The notes below the pieces were generated by a model. The model did not search any database, was not told the DNA's origin, and saw only the letters and a program-made list of their open reading frames with translations. Below are positions 1 through 11,630 of a stretch of DNA of 35,696 bases, in pieces. Location: positions 14,678,401-14,714,096 of the forward strand of contig NC_068986.1 of NCBI RefSeq assembly GCF_001194135.2. The letters run 5' to 3'. The number at the start of each line of letters is the position of its first letter. Position 1 is the stretch's first letter. The DNA comes from Octopus bimaculoides. Its lineage: Eukaryota. The position numbers and the translations under genes were made by a program.

Positions 1-421
1 TATATATATATTAGACGCAGATAACGAGACCAAGGCTGTGAGGAAATTTCAGGACATTTATAAGGAAAGAGATAGTCTTACAGCTGTTTCTGGGATATTA
101 TGGATATCCCTTCATCAGAGACGTGAGATTGTTAAATAGAGGTAAATGTTTGAGTTCGAAATAAGGAATTATTATGGAAATGGAGGAGATAGGGAATATA
201 GAGAGGAAATAGGAGAGTGAAAGTAGAAATAACATAAAATATTGTATTTGCAGTTCCCTTATTCGAGTAAAGTGGTATACAGAAGTGGTAAAAAAGTCCC
301 CTGTACATGGTATGTAAATTCCAATAGAATTTCGTGTTTACTCATTTCGAAGTTTTGGAGCCGTGGATTCTGCGTTGCCCATTTGAGGAAGTTTTGTGGT
401 TTATCTTTTATGTTTACACAA

Positions 422-590
422 GGTAGCGAAATGGCAGAATCGTTAGCATGCAAGAAAAAAAAATGCTTTCAGGCATTTCGTCCGTCTTTACGTCCTGTGT
501 TCAAATTCCGCCGATATTCACTATGCCTTTCCCTCTTTCGAGGACGATAAAATAAGTGCCGCTTGAACAACGGGGTGGATGCAACCAACT
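422..590 (+). mobile_element. tRNA-derived SINE, family B, diverged copy
   Basis: Head GGTAGCGAAATGGCAGAATCGTTAGCA, B-box-like GTTCAAATTCC, then GCCTTTCC..TTTCGAGGACGATAAAATAAGT. It is the reverse complement of the copies at 15590, 18660, 20975, 22195 and 23880. Confidence 0.75.
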
Positions 591-640
591 AGCTTCCTTT
601 CACCAAAATGTCAGGTCTTTTTCTATTATAGGAAATATTA

Positions 641-650
641 TTTACACACT

Positions 651-693
<43 letters not shown>

Positions 694-718
694 ACACACA
701 CACACAAACAAATATATA
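641..718. repeat. (CA)n microsatellite
   Basis: Directly visible. Confidence 0.95.
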
Positions 719-1089
719 CACAAACATCTCTAAACTAAACACACACCCCTCATTATTCCGTTTCAACTAGTGATAGATTAATTGCGGCATGACTACTAGA
801 TATTGGATTACGTATTTAAATGCATTGAAAGACGTTATTTTGTGTATAGAATTAAATCTCTGAAAAGTAGCGGTTAACTCATTCGCAAATGAGATCCTGC
901 CGTGGTGGAGAAATGACGGATCTATTACTTAACGCACTCTTAGGTAACGCTAAACATAAAGGTCTATTGTAGCTTTAATACGAGGGTGAGTCAAAAGGTG
1001 ATGCCATTTTGTTTAGGACAAGTATAATTACCAACACAGGAACATGTATCATACATCAAAATGAAGCTGGTCCTCTGTGGATCACATCC

Positions 1090-1290
1090 CTACTTCTCAA
1101 CATAGTCACCTTTTCTCTCAATAGCAATGTTCCACCTTCGAATGAGAGTATGTATCCCTGCCTCGTAAAATTCTGTTGACTGTTCTTTGAGCAACTTTTT
1201 CACTACAATTTTCACTTCTTCCTCACTGGAATAATATCTGCCTCTCAAACCCTCTTTCATGGGACCAAAGAGCTGATAGTCCAGTGACGA
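1090..1290 (-). pseudogene. Mariner (DD34D) transposase C-terminal fragment, left arm plus spacer
   Basis: DYQLFGPMKEGLRGRYYSSEEEVK...FYEAGIHTLIRRWNIAIERKGDYVEK* matches the mariner C-terminal pattern (S)DY.LF..LK..L.G..F...EEV.....FY..GI..L..RW...I...GDY. Confidence 0.9.
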
Positions 1291-1420
1291 GGAAGTGAAA
1301 ACTGTAGTGAATGTGTGGCTCAAAGAACAGTCAATAGAATTTTACGAGGTAGGCATACATGCTCTCATTCAAAGGCAGAAAATTGCAATTGAGAGAAATG
1401 GCGACTGTGTTGAGAAGTAG
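1283..1420 (+). pseudogene. Mariner transposase C-terminal fragment, right arm
   Basis: My translation gives SDEEVKTVVNVWLKEQSIEFYEVGIHALIQRQKIAIERNGDCVEK*, an inverted copy of the left-arm peptide. Confidence 0.88.
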
Positions 1421-2789
1421 GGATGAGATCCACAGAGGACCAGCTTCATTTTGATGTATGATACATGTTCCTGTGTTGGTAATTATAACTGTCCTTAAGA
1501 AAATGGCATTACGTTTTCACTCACCCTCGTACAATGATTATAAATCGTCTTGCTCAAGTCTCACCGGGTCCTGAAGAAAAGAAAGGTCCAAAATAATGAT
1601 AGTAGCAACATCAGTATTAATAACATTAAATGCTATCCCTAGTTACGGGCGCCTGTCATTGAGAAGGCCAAAGAAGGCCGAATTCACGTGAGGTAGCTCC
1701 GGCAGCAATAGCGGACGATTATCTCCCGCTAACAGCATAACCACGAGCGATTTTATGTACCACAATTCCATATGAGCGATTCTCTCATGGTAAAGAACGA
1801 AGTATTCTGTGTTCTAACACAACATCCCTTTTTCAGTATTACCTTTTGACATTGATACTGCATCTGTCGTTTTGAATTAATTACTAAAAACGATAAGGAT
1901 ATTCACACGATTAGACACAAAAAATAGACACTCAAAATTTATCTATTTTCTCATATAACACCCCTTCAGTATCGACCTACATGTGTGGGATTTTGTGATT
2001 AGTTTCTGAATATTCCTGGACCCAGACATTACTAACGATTTCATTCAAACCATCGGCACTCGTAGACTGTCTTAATTCCAGATATTAGATCGATGTAAAG
2101 CTATTGTATAAAAAAACTAAATACATATATAAAACACTGCTATTAAAATGATCGATTATATTTCTTTACTCTACAATGCAGGGCTATGGCGTCGTTATTT
2201 TGTTTTGTTTTTGTTCCGATAATCTCTTAACGTACGAGAGTCTCATACGTTATTTTATTTCATTAGGTGTTGTTACTAGACGAATTCACTTATGCCTTTA
2301 AATCAACTGGGAATTGCCACTCAAATTTCACCATTTTCTTTTGCACACAATCATAGCGATTCTTATACTACAATATTTTTAAATCAATATTTAAATTGCC
2401 AGGAGAAAAATACGGTTGAAACTTAACTAAAAAAATTATAAATAAAAACAGCCGACTACTTTAAAAGTTATATATAGAATTGTAACTGATAGTGAACAAG
2501 TAGGTGACTGTTTTAGAATAAATTGCAAGGTGTCGGCAAACGAAATCTCTGCAATAATCTTCTGATGTATTTTATTATACTTTGCCTTTACTGTCTGACC
2601 AAAAGAAGGCAAATACACAAATACTCATATTTCCCATATTTCTAAAGAATATGGCATATTTTTCTACGTAAGCGAAACGAACGGAGCCATTATCGATAAT
2701 TAATGTACAAGCGGTTGACTGGAGACATCAATTTAGACTCCTGATTTATGTTGTTTTTTTTGTTTTTTGTTTTCATTTTAAATAGTGGA

Positions 2790-2970
2790 GATGCAACTTT
2801 GGCTATGTGGTTAAGAAGTTCGTTTTGCAAGTACGTCGTTTCGAGTTCAATGCCAGGGCACGGCGAAACGGGAAAGTGTTTTCTATTACAGCTCCAGACC
2901 AGCCAATATCTCATGAATGATTTTGGTAGAGATAAACTGTGCAAAAGACCGTCATATGTGCGTGTGTGTG

Positions 2971-3005
<35 letters not shown>

Positions 3006-3031
3006 TGTGAGTGTGTGTGTGTGTGTCTGTC

Positions 3032-3063
<32 letters not shown>

Positions 3064-3200
3064 GTCAGCATTGTTGATTTGCTTACGTAACCGTAACTTA
3101 AATGTGTAGCAAAACAGACCGATGAAATTAGCAGAAAACTTTAAAAAGCTAAGTGCTGGCGTTGATTTCTTCGTCTTAAACACATCAAATGTTTTCCCCA
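2790..3200 (+). mobile_element. Degenerate composite SINE, family A (tRNA head + core + (TG)n + 3' tail)
   Basis: TGGCTATGTGGTTAAGAAG...GAGTTCAAT head, TTTGGTAGA...AAACTG core end, a (TG)n tract, then TTACGTAACCGTAACTTA...GACCGAT tail. Same order as 11245-11630 and the reverse of 34465-34920. Confidence 0.65.
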
Positions 3201-4428
3201 TCAGAGACGCAGTTCAACGACTGAATAAAGTAATAGATAATTCTTCCTACTTCAACAAGTGACCGATAATTCTTTCTACTTCAAAATCTTCCTCAATGCT
3301 CCAATTCACGTTTATTCACTCACCCCAATGTTTACCTTTATTACAGTGATCTTTTCTTCTTCCGTTCTGTTCTTTGTTATAAAATTGCCCTCATTACGTG
3401 GAATTTTACTGAACTGAAGTATCCATCCTTGGCTAATTCACTTCATTGTTTCGTAGGTGCAGCAACTGTAATTCCATTGATCTCAACGCTGAGATATGAC
3501 GATTATCGTATTAAATTTCCTTGTTTACTACACTGCTAATTACACTAATCGCTTTGCTTCTTTCCTTATGCTGCTTATTTAATTGTTGATAGAATGGATT
3601 ATTTTAAATGTAAATATCTTTGTAGCAAACTCAATGCCTTGTTGGTCAGAGGATATAAAGTTTAGATATATCGATTGGTATTTTATCAACTCGGTCATAT
3701 ATGCAGTACTGGTTGTTTTATCTAACAACGTAAGTTTAGTGTCGACATTTCATATAAGACAAAACAAAAATGTATTGACAATGAAAGAAAATACTTTACA
3801 ATAAGAAACCACAAACAAAAAGAATTCAACTATTTTCCTCTGATCTCTTAGAATTAAAAGAAAATCCAATCGCTTAAAATAGTTAATGATATATAGTAAT
3901 TTTAAAGATCAGAGAGACCGGACTAAAGTACGTACACAACTTATTGATTGTGTTTTCTTGTAAATTAAACATTATGTTTCTTAGCTATTGGTTCCATAAG
4001 ACAATAGCCTGGTAATGATATCGTTGTCACCGTTTTGGCCAAAGTCGCTCTACGTTGAGAGGACAAAGGCAATCAGTCAATTGGTGTCATGCACTTGGTG
4101 TCCCTTTATGATAAAGGAATCCGGCCTGAGGATAGATTGCGCTATTAATTCTAGCATGACGATCGTGTCGATCACCAAAGTAAAACAGGTCGAATGAAAG
4201 CACAGAAATCCTTGATCGAGTGTATTCCACCTCCTAGGAAATTTTCGAGCTCCGAAGTGATTTTTATAAGCATACGGAAACAAATAAAAGTTATTTCAAA
4301 TAATCAGCAAAAATTATTGTTGAGTTAGCCAGGGAGCAGGCCAAAACAATCGCCGAAAGAGCAACACATTCATGCGCGCGCCTGTGTCTGCATAAACATG
4401 CATGTATATATGTATATATATGTATATA

Positions 4429-4816
4429 CCGGAGTAAGCGCATGAAATGTGCAACAAGGTGGAAAAAAGAGTACTCAAATACCAGAGGTAGAGTAATAAT
4501 CTTTATTTAAAAGCAGCAGAAATATAACAAAAAACCGTTACTCTGAGTTTCACGTTCCCGTTCATCGGACGGTTTTGTTAGAAATGGAGAAAGGATAACA
4601 ATGCAATTGAAAGTAATATAAAATTTAAAACACATGGATTCGTTTGATTGGTTGTTTCAAATAAGGGCCATGGATTGGTCGTTTCAATTAACGGTCAATG
4701 ATGCGTAATTCACAGACCAAATAAATTTAATACAGATTCACCCTATTAAAAAAATATCGAAGAAAACCTTAAATAGAAAAATGGGCTCCAAATACATATT
4801 ATAGATAATTAATTAT
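4429..4816 (-). mobile_element. Repeat segment carrying a hammerhead motif; probable Penelope-type terminal repeat or retrozyme-like element
   Basis: Begins after a (TA)-rich tract and runs into the gap at 4817. It contains the hammerhead fold, two CCAAT-containing direct repeats upstream of it (minus strand), and AATAAA about 20 nt downstream. The element class is inferred. Confidence 0.5.
4525..4580 (-). ncRNA. Minimal type I hammerhead ribozyme, U4C core variant
   Basis: Minus strand reads UAAC-AAAACCGU (stem I) CCGAUGA ACG-GGAA-CGU (stem II) GAAA CU-CAG-AG UA (stem III, cleavage triplet GUA) ACGGUUUU-UU-GUUA (stem I'). All junctions are correctly spaced. Confidence 0.82.
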
Positions 4817-5562
4817 NNNNNNNNNNNNNNNNNNNNNNNNNNNNNNNNNNNNNNNNNNNNNNNNNNNNNNNNNNNNNNNNNNNNNNNNNNNNNNNNNNNN
4901 NNNNNNNNNNNNNNNNNNNNNNNNNNNNNNNNNNNNNNNNNNNNNNNNNNNNNNNNNNNNNNNNNNNNNNNNNNNNNNNNNNNNNNNNNNNNNNNNNNNN
5001 NNNNNNNNNNNNNNNNNNNNNNNNNNNNNNNNNNNNNNNNNNNNNNNNNNNNNNNNNNNNNNNNNNNNNNNNNNNNNNNNNNNNNNNNNNNNNNNNNNNN
5101 NNNNNNNNNNNNNNNNNNNNNNNNNNNNNNNNNNNNNNNNNNNNNNNNNNNNNNNNNNNNNNNNNNNNNNNNNNNNNNNNNNNNNNNNNNNNNNNNNNNN
5201 NNNNNNNNNNNNNNNNTATATATATATATATATCTTTCCTAATTCTCTCTTTTACCCGGGTTCGATGTAATCGACTTATCTGTTCTCCGAAATTACTGGC
5301 CGCGTGTCAAGATTTAAGATTAATATTGATAACTTTATCGACTTTTGATTACCACCTTCAGAAAACGATATATTTAATATCTCAAGAAGTTCCTGAAGAT
5401 TTAAAAATTCTTATGATATGTGTGTGTATGTTTGTGTGTGTGTGTTTCAGATTATTTGTGCCTTTTGTCATGAATTTTGGTGCTAGTAACTAAGAAATTC
5501 ACAGCAATTTTCGGGTTACGATATTTCCCGAGACTTACAAAAATGGGGTTTGTTCAGTGTAT

Positions 5563-5628
5563 GCTCTTTTACTCTTTTATTCCTTCAACTGTTTCAGTCA
5601 TTTGACGGCGGCCATGCTGTAGCACTCA
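5563..5628 (-). mobile_element. SINE family A 3' tail fragment
   Basis: TTTACTCTTT...TGTTTCAGTCATTTGACGGCGGCCATGCTG, the same as 34465-34520. Confidence 0.7.
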
Positions 5629-5951
5629 ATATGAGTGCGTGTGAGTATGCGTGTGTGTGTTTTTTTGTGTGTGTGTATGTATGCATGTGTGCGTCAGCAC
5701 GTTTGTGTGTGTGTTTCCTTATGTTTGCATGCTTAGTTTTTTCACATGTGATTTTGCACATGCACTTTCTGGGGTTTGTACATGTCTTCCTCTGAAGTAT
5801 CTTTTATGTAGAAACCGTGGCATTCCTTACAAACTTGTATTTTGTGCTATGTAAGTACCTACGTATGTATATACGTATGTATGTATGCATGTATGTATGT
5901 AAATATGTAAGGATGTATGTATGTTATTGAGTTTATTTCAAGATTTTCATA

Positions 5952-6114
5952 GGTGTAGGAGTGGCTGTGTGGTAAGTAGCTTGCTTACGAACCACATGGT
6001 TCCGGGTACAGTGCCACTGCGTGGCAACTTGGGCAAGAGTCTACTACTATAGCCTGGGGCCGACCAAAGCCTTGTGAATGGATTTGGTAGACGGAAACTG
6101 AAAGAAGCCCGTCG

Positions 6115-6116
<2 letters not shown>
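5952..6116 (+). mobile_element. SINE family A head and core (resembles octopus OR-type/CORE SINE)
   Basis: A-box TGGCTGTGTGGTAAG and B-box-like GGTTCCGGGTACAGTGCC, then CTTGGGCAAG...GACGGAAACTGAAAGAAGCCCGTCG followed by (TA)n. The family name is from memory. Confidence 0.85.
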
Positions 6117-6167
<51 letters not shown>

Positions 6168-8894
6168 GTATGTATGTACGTATGTATATGTAAGTAAATC
6201 TGTGGCATAAAAGTCATGTTTCAAAGACAGGTTGTAGCGCCGTTGGCAGCGTACGAACCATCTAACTCGTGATTTCAGCCATCTAGCTTTCTGCTCAACT
6301 CATAACATGGTGTTTGCTCATAATTGACAATTCGCCTCAACTTTGGTGGCCTTCTAACTAATCAAAGGAAATCCATTCTAATACCTGAGGAATACACTCC
6401 TTCGCATAAAAGAATATTGAGCATAATAATAAATCCTGTTCAAAATCCTTGTAACAATAAGGTTTGTGTACTTTCAAGTAAACTATAAAATTCGCAAGGA
6501 AGTGAACACAATGGCAAAAAGAGTTTGTAATGTCATTTAGGAGAGTGTGTTATAAAAAGTTTTTTTTTTCTATGAAAACGAAAATGTAATAAATCAGTTT
6601 AGGTGTGAATTGAATTTATAGACGACACACGACGCTATCAGATAATTAACTTCTTTTCGTGTGTTGTAACTCTTTTGTAATCAAGCCAAAATATTGCATA
6701 GACAGGAATTTGTATTCGTATTTTGCAAAATGAATTTAACCGTGAAGAGTTAAATCATAAATTCTCAATGGACTGGAGTCTACAATCGCTTTATATCGCT
6801 TGAGGAAGCATAAAAGAAGTAATATTAAAATGAAAAAAAAAAAAATTATAACTAATAGCGAGGAAGAGAAAATAGATGAGAACTTCTCCATTGTGATCAA
6901 AATTACTCAAAAGGCAGGTATAAATCATTCGTTGGAGATCCTGTAAGATATTTTAATGAAATTGCTGCGAAATGAAATTTGTGCAAAACTTTTAACTGTC
7001 CATTAAATACTTTATTACATTATTTATATAACTATGTTTTATTTTTATTTTCGTTATATATACTTATTTTGTTTGTTTGATTCAGATAGTTCACACCTTT
7101 CACTCACATAATCTTATTCATATTTCTTAAGAATAAGAGCAAAATATATGAGTAAATAAATAAAAATAGAAGGAAAAATCCTGTTTATACTCTGAGAATT
7201 AATTGCAGAAAAAGGAAGAGTTGAGGTGGAATACGATTAGCAATTTTGCCAAGAAAGTAATACAATGATACAATGTATCTAAACACTGTGTGGGGTGTCA
7301 ATGTTCTAGTGTGGAGTGTAGATTTGTTTACTGGGCCACGCTTGTATATTTAAAACGGAGGTTAAACACAGAGTCAGTTAACCGATTATATATACATAAA
7401 ACTTTCACACGTTAGCGATTACATAATTGGTATTATTGTTGTTGGTTAATCCTAGTAGCAACAGCAGCAGTAGTAGTAGTGGCAGCAGCGGCAGCAGCAG
7501 CAGTAGTAGTAGTATTAGTATGGAAGCATGCTCTGTAACATGTAACAGCGCGTCGCTGCATCCAGCGTTTGTTGGGGACTCCTTTCAACGCTTGGCGGAT
7601 GACGGCGTTGCACCATTCCGGTGACAATCCCTGCAACCCATGGATCTCTAATTGGATAGTCGTTGCTGATGAGGATTTTGCGATGTGGGAGTGTAAATCC
7701 TGTTTCAACCAATTATGGTCGCCTTTTACGATATGCAGATGAAACCTTGCGACACTTCTTTGACATGCCAGTCAACTTCGAGCCTATATCTTCCTTAATC
7801 AATGCTTTGATCTCTGTCCAATAGTATTCTCTCATCAATGATCACCGCGTATGATTTTCAGACTTATTTTAGACGGTACATGATTATGTTAGATTTGGTG
7901 GAGTTGCGTCTGAAGTATATAGCACATCGTATGACTAAGGGGGACCGCACTGTTAGGCACTGGGTCTCCAATATTTTCTTTGGTCTGGGAGCCACAGCGT
8001 GTTCTGAGTTCGAATTTCAACAAAATACGCAGTTTTTTTTTGACAGTTTCTAGACAATAGCATCTAGCTGTCATTTACTAAAATGGGTTAAATCATACAT
8101 CACTGCCCCATAATATGTGTCACACACACATATATATATATAGAAACGTTTATCCGTCAGTCATCAATCGTTTTATGTTTCGTATATAATAAATGAAACA
8201 TATGTGGGCATACGTATTTGTACACTGATACAAGTGTACCTTTCAAAAGTACCTTGATATGTTCAGATGATATAACCAAGCTTTACATCACGTCAAATAT
8301 GTTCGAGACGTATTCGCACCTGTGAAGTCTTTTCACTGCAGCTTTGCCGTGCACTCACCTACCCATATATTTGCTCTGGCCTGGAGGACAACTCGTACAA
8401 TGAGCAGATAATATCTAATGATTTCTGATAAAGAAAGCTAAGCTTTCATTGTCTCTTTTAGTATCGGGTACTGAATGAAGCTAAGGAATTAGAAATGCGC
8501 CTACATAATCCTAGAAGGCACACTGAGCTGACTACGGTCTTCGAACACCTTGAGAAAAGCGAAACTTTTTTCGTCACGGGCAAAACCAGCAGTGAAAAAA
8601 ACCCTTCAAAATTTCAAATATATATCAATCATATTTTAGATAACTTATTATTTTCCTTCCTTGCTTCGAGCTCTTGCACATATAGGTTGATGTGATTTAT
8701 TATAAAGTCCACAGGGGTAATTGGACGCTGAAGCGCTGCAAATGTGACACATAAATTTTAAATTTGCAATTTTGAATGAAACACCTAACATGGATTTTAG
8801 CAATAGATGACTGTAACTTCTGCTGTCTCATTTATAAGTCTTTATATTTCAAGCATAGAAAATCTGAACATAAATCCTACACTTGAACACCGAA

Positions 8895-9645
8895 TAACGA
8901 TTACAGCTACCGTGTTCACGCTATCTGACATGCTAACGATTACAGCTACGATGTTCACGCTATCTGACATGCTAACGATTACAGCTACGGTGTTCACGCT
9001 ATCTGACATGCTAACGATTACAGCTACGGTGTTCACGCTATCTGACATGCTAACGATTACAGCTACGGTGTTCACGCTATCTGACATGCTAACGATTACN
9101 NNNNNNNNNNNNNNNNNNNNNNNNNNNNNNNNNNNNNNNNNNNNNNNNNNNNNNNNNNNNNNNNNNNNNNNNNNNNNNNNNNNNNNNNNNNNNNNNNNNN
9201 NNNNNNNNNNNNNNNNNNNNNNNNNNNNNNNNNNNNNNNNNNNNNNNNNNNNNNNNNNNNNNNNNNNNNNNNNNNNNNNNNNNNNNNNNNNNNNNNNNNN
9301 NNNNNNNNNNNNNNNNNNNNNNNNNNNNNNNNNNNNNNNNNNNNNNNNNNNNNNNNNNNNNNNNNNNNNNNNNNNNNNNNNNNNNNNNNNNNNNNNNNNN
9401 NNNNNNNNNNNNNNNNNNNNNNNNNNNNNNNNNNNNNNNNNNNNNNNNNNNNNNNNNNNNNNNNNNNNNNNNNNNNNNNNNNNNNTGCTAACGATTACAG
9501 CTACGGTGTTCACGCTATCTGACATGCTAACGATTACAGCTACGGTGTTCACGCTATCTGACATGCTAACGATTACAGCTACGGTGTTCACGCTATCTGA
9601 CATGCTAACGATTACAGCTACGGTGTTCACGCTATCTGACATGCT
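8895..9645. repeat. 39-bp minisatellite (TAACGATTACAGCTACGGTGTTCACGCTATCTGACATGC)n spanning a gap
   Basis: Five units before the N run (9100-9485) and four after, nearly identical. Confidence 0.97.
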
Positions 9646-10441
9646 TGCTCTCCCAGTGGAGCTTTTCTCAAATTTTCAAGCTGGACCAATACGGCTGCAG
9701 TCTAATAACTGAAACAAGTAAAAGATAGAAGGATAAAACATATTTATTTCATTGTAATTGCCAGTTTTATAGCGAGAGAAACACTGAAACCAGCGATTTG
9801 GTCGAGTCATTTGTATGTGGGACAAAATACACAGTGGGATGTCTTACGATTCTTTGCGAACTTCAGTGGAGGTGGCGGATAAATAAATTTTAAAAAATAA
9901 CTGCAAACTAGGGTTAATGTAATCAACAAGCCCCTTCCGCTGGATTACAGGACTTTTAGCTATAATAGTAGATATAATTATTAAAGAAGCACTCACTACC
10001 AATATTGCGGGGCACCTGTGCAAATATCTTTCTAGTTAGCAAATGCATTAGAAGGAAACTGTGTGGAAACCCGTCACGTACAATGTGTGTGTGAGTGCAC
10101 GCGCTCGCGCTCCCTCGTCTTTGTGTTACCACCACAAGCGACTGGTACTTTCGCTGGATTATTTAAGTCCCTTTAAATTAGGGGTTCCGCAAATGTCCGA
10201 TCAAATAAGCTTCGAAGTTTTAAAAAAGTAATCTAAGCCGGTGTCTACGTGATTGAAACAGGTAAATAAATAAAATCGATACCAGCCATTACTTTCAATA
10301 ACGTAGAGCTGAGTTAAACTTGTACGTGGTACATTCTGTTTCCACGTTTTGTTAAGTTCTCCTTAATTTGGTTTATTCACCCAGTCGTGTATATATATGT
10401 ATATATATGCGTGTGTGTGTGTGTGTGTGTTTGTGTGTGTA

Positions 10442-10472
<31 letters not shown>

Positions 10473-10514
10473 GTGTATACATACATCTGTATACATTGCA
10501 TATATATATATATA

Positions 10515-11015
10515 TTCTTTTATGTGTTTCAGTCATTTGATTGCGGTCATGCTGGAGCACCGCCTGTCGTCGATCAAATCGACCCCAGGACTTAGTCTTT
10601 GTAACCCTAGTACTTATTATATCGGTCTCTTTTACCGAACTGCTACGTTACGGGAACGTAAACACACCAGCATCGGTTGTCAAGCGATNNNNNNNNNNNN
10701 NNNNNNNNNNNNNNNNNNNNNNNNNNNNNNNNNNNNNNNNNNNNNNNNNNNNNNNNNNNNNNNNNNNNNNNNNNNNNNNNNNNNNNNNNNNNNNNNNNNN
10801 NNNNNNNNNNNNNNNNNNNNNNNNNNNNNATATATATATATATATAGATACGATGGGCTTCTTTTAGTTTCTGTGTACCAAATCCACAGACAAGGCTTTG
10901 GTCAGCCCGAGGCTATCGGAGAACACAGTTACCCAAGGTGCCACGCAGTGGGACTGAACCCGGAACCATGTGGTTGGTAAGCAAGCTACTTACCACACAG
11001 CCATTCCTGCGCCTA
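10515..11015 (-). mobile_element. Composite SINE family A with an internal gap
   Basis: Tail at 10515-10688, N/(TA)n, then core and head at 10846-11015 ending CACAGCCATTCCTGCGCCTA. Confidence 0.88.
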
Positions 11016-11244
11016 TATTGTATATACATAGATGTCTTCATTGCTGACTGAAACAAGTAAGAAGAAAAGAAAGATGCCAATATATTTAGAACCATATTGA
11101 GAGATAAAGAAGCAGAGAAGGTGAAAGATAACAGAGAACTGAACAAGATTCGGAATGGTCAGGGGTCAGTCATTTCTTGATTCTCTACTAGTGTCTATAG
11201 ATTGTGCAAGCAATAACTAAAGGTGTTACATGCGCCAAAGTTTA

Positions 11245-11630
11245 GGCACAGGCGTGACTGTGTGGTAAGAAACTTGCTTTCAGATCGCATGCTCTTGGCT
11301 TCGGTCACTTTGAGCAAATATTTTCTAATATAGTCACGGGGCCACCAAAACCTTGTGAATGGATTTGTTAGTCGGAAACTGCGAGAAACCCGTCGCGCGT
11401 GTAGTGTGTGTGGTGTGTGTTATGTGTGTGGTGTGTGTGGTGTGTTTGAGTTTGTGATTCTGTCTCGATTACGTCCGCGTAACTTGGTAACTTAGTGGTT
11501 TGGCCTAAGAATCCGACAAAGTAAGTACCAGGCTTAAAAAATAAACAATAAGTAATGGTGTCAATTCTTTCGACTAAAAATTCTTCAAGGCGGTGCCCCA
11601 GCATGACCGCGGTCTAATGACTAAAACTAG
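11245..11630 (+). mobile_element. Composite SINE family A, diverged
   Basis: GGCACAGGCGTGACTGTGTGGTAAG head, core, a TG-rich tract, and a tail ending GGCGGTGCCCCAGCATGACCGCGGTCTAATGACT. Confidence 0.82.

Larger units (their letters stand above)
981..1529. mobile_element. Mariner-derived foldback MITE; arms 981-1230 and 1280-1529; TA target-site duplication
   Basis: Starts TA|CGAGGGTGAGTC and ends CTCACCCTCG|TA (TA at 979-980 and 1530-1531). The arms are about 250-bp inverted repeats, and both encode a mariner transposase C-terminus. Confidence 0.93.

Noticed and set aside
4090-4235. Minus-strand frame containing FGDRHDRH (kinase-loop-like)
   Set aside because: Short, bounded by stops, with no other kinase motifs and no good donor site.
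7666-7710. CTGATGA plus a 6-bp stem as a hammerhead
   Set aside because: No GAAA after the stem, and no stems I or III.
8895-9645. Possible CRISPR-like array
   Set aside because: The units are contiguous with no unique spacers, and the context is eukaryotic.
8807-9712. 301-aa and 266-aa ORFs
   Set aside because: They are produced by the 39-bp repeat and read-through of Ns.
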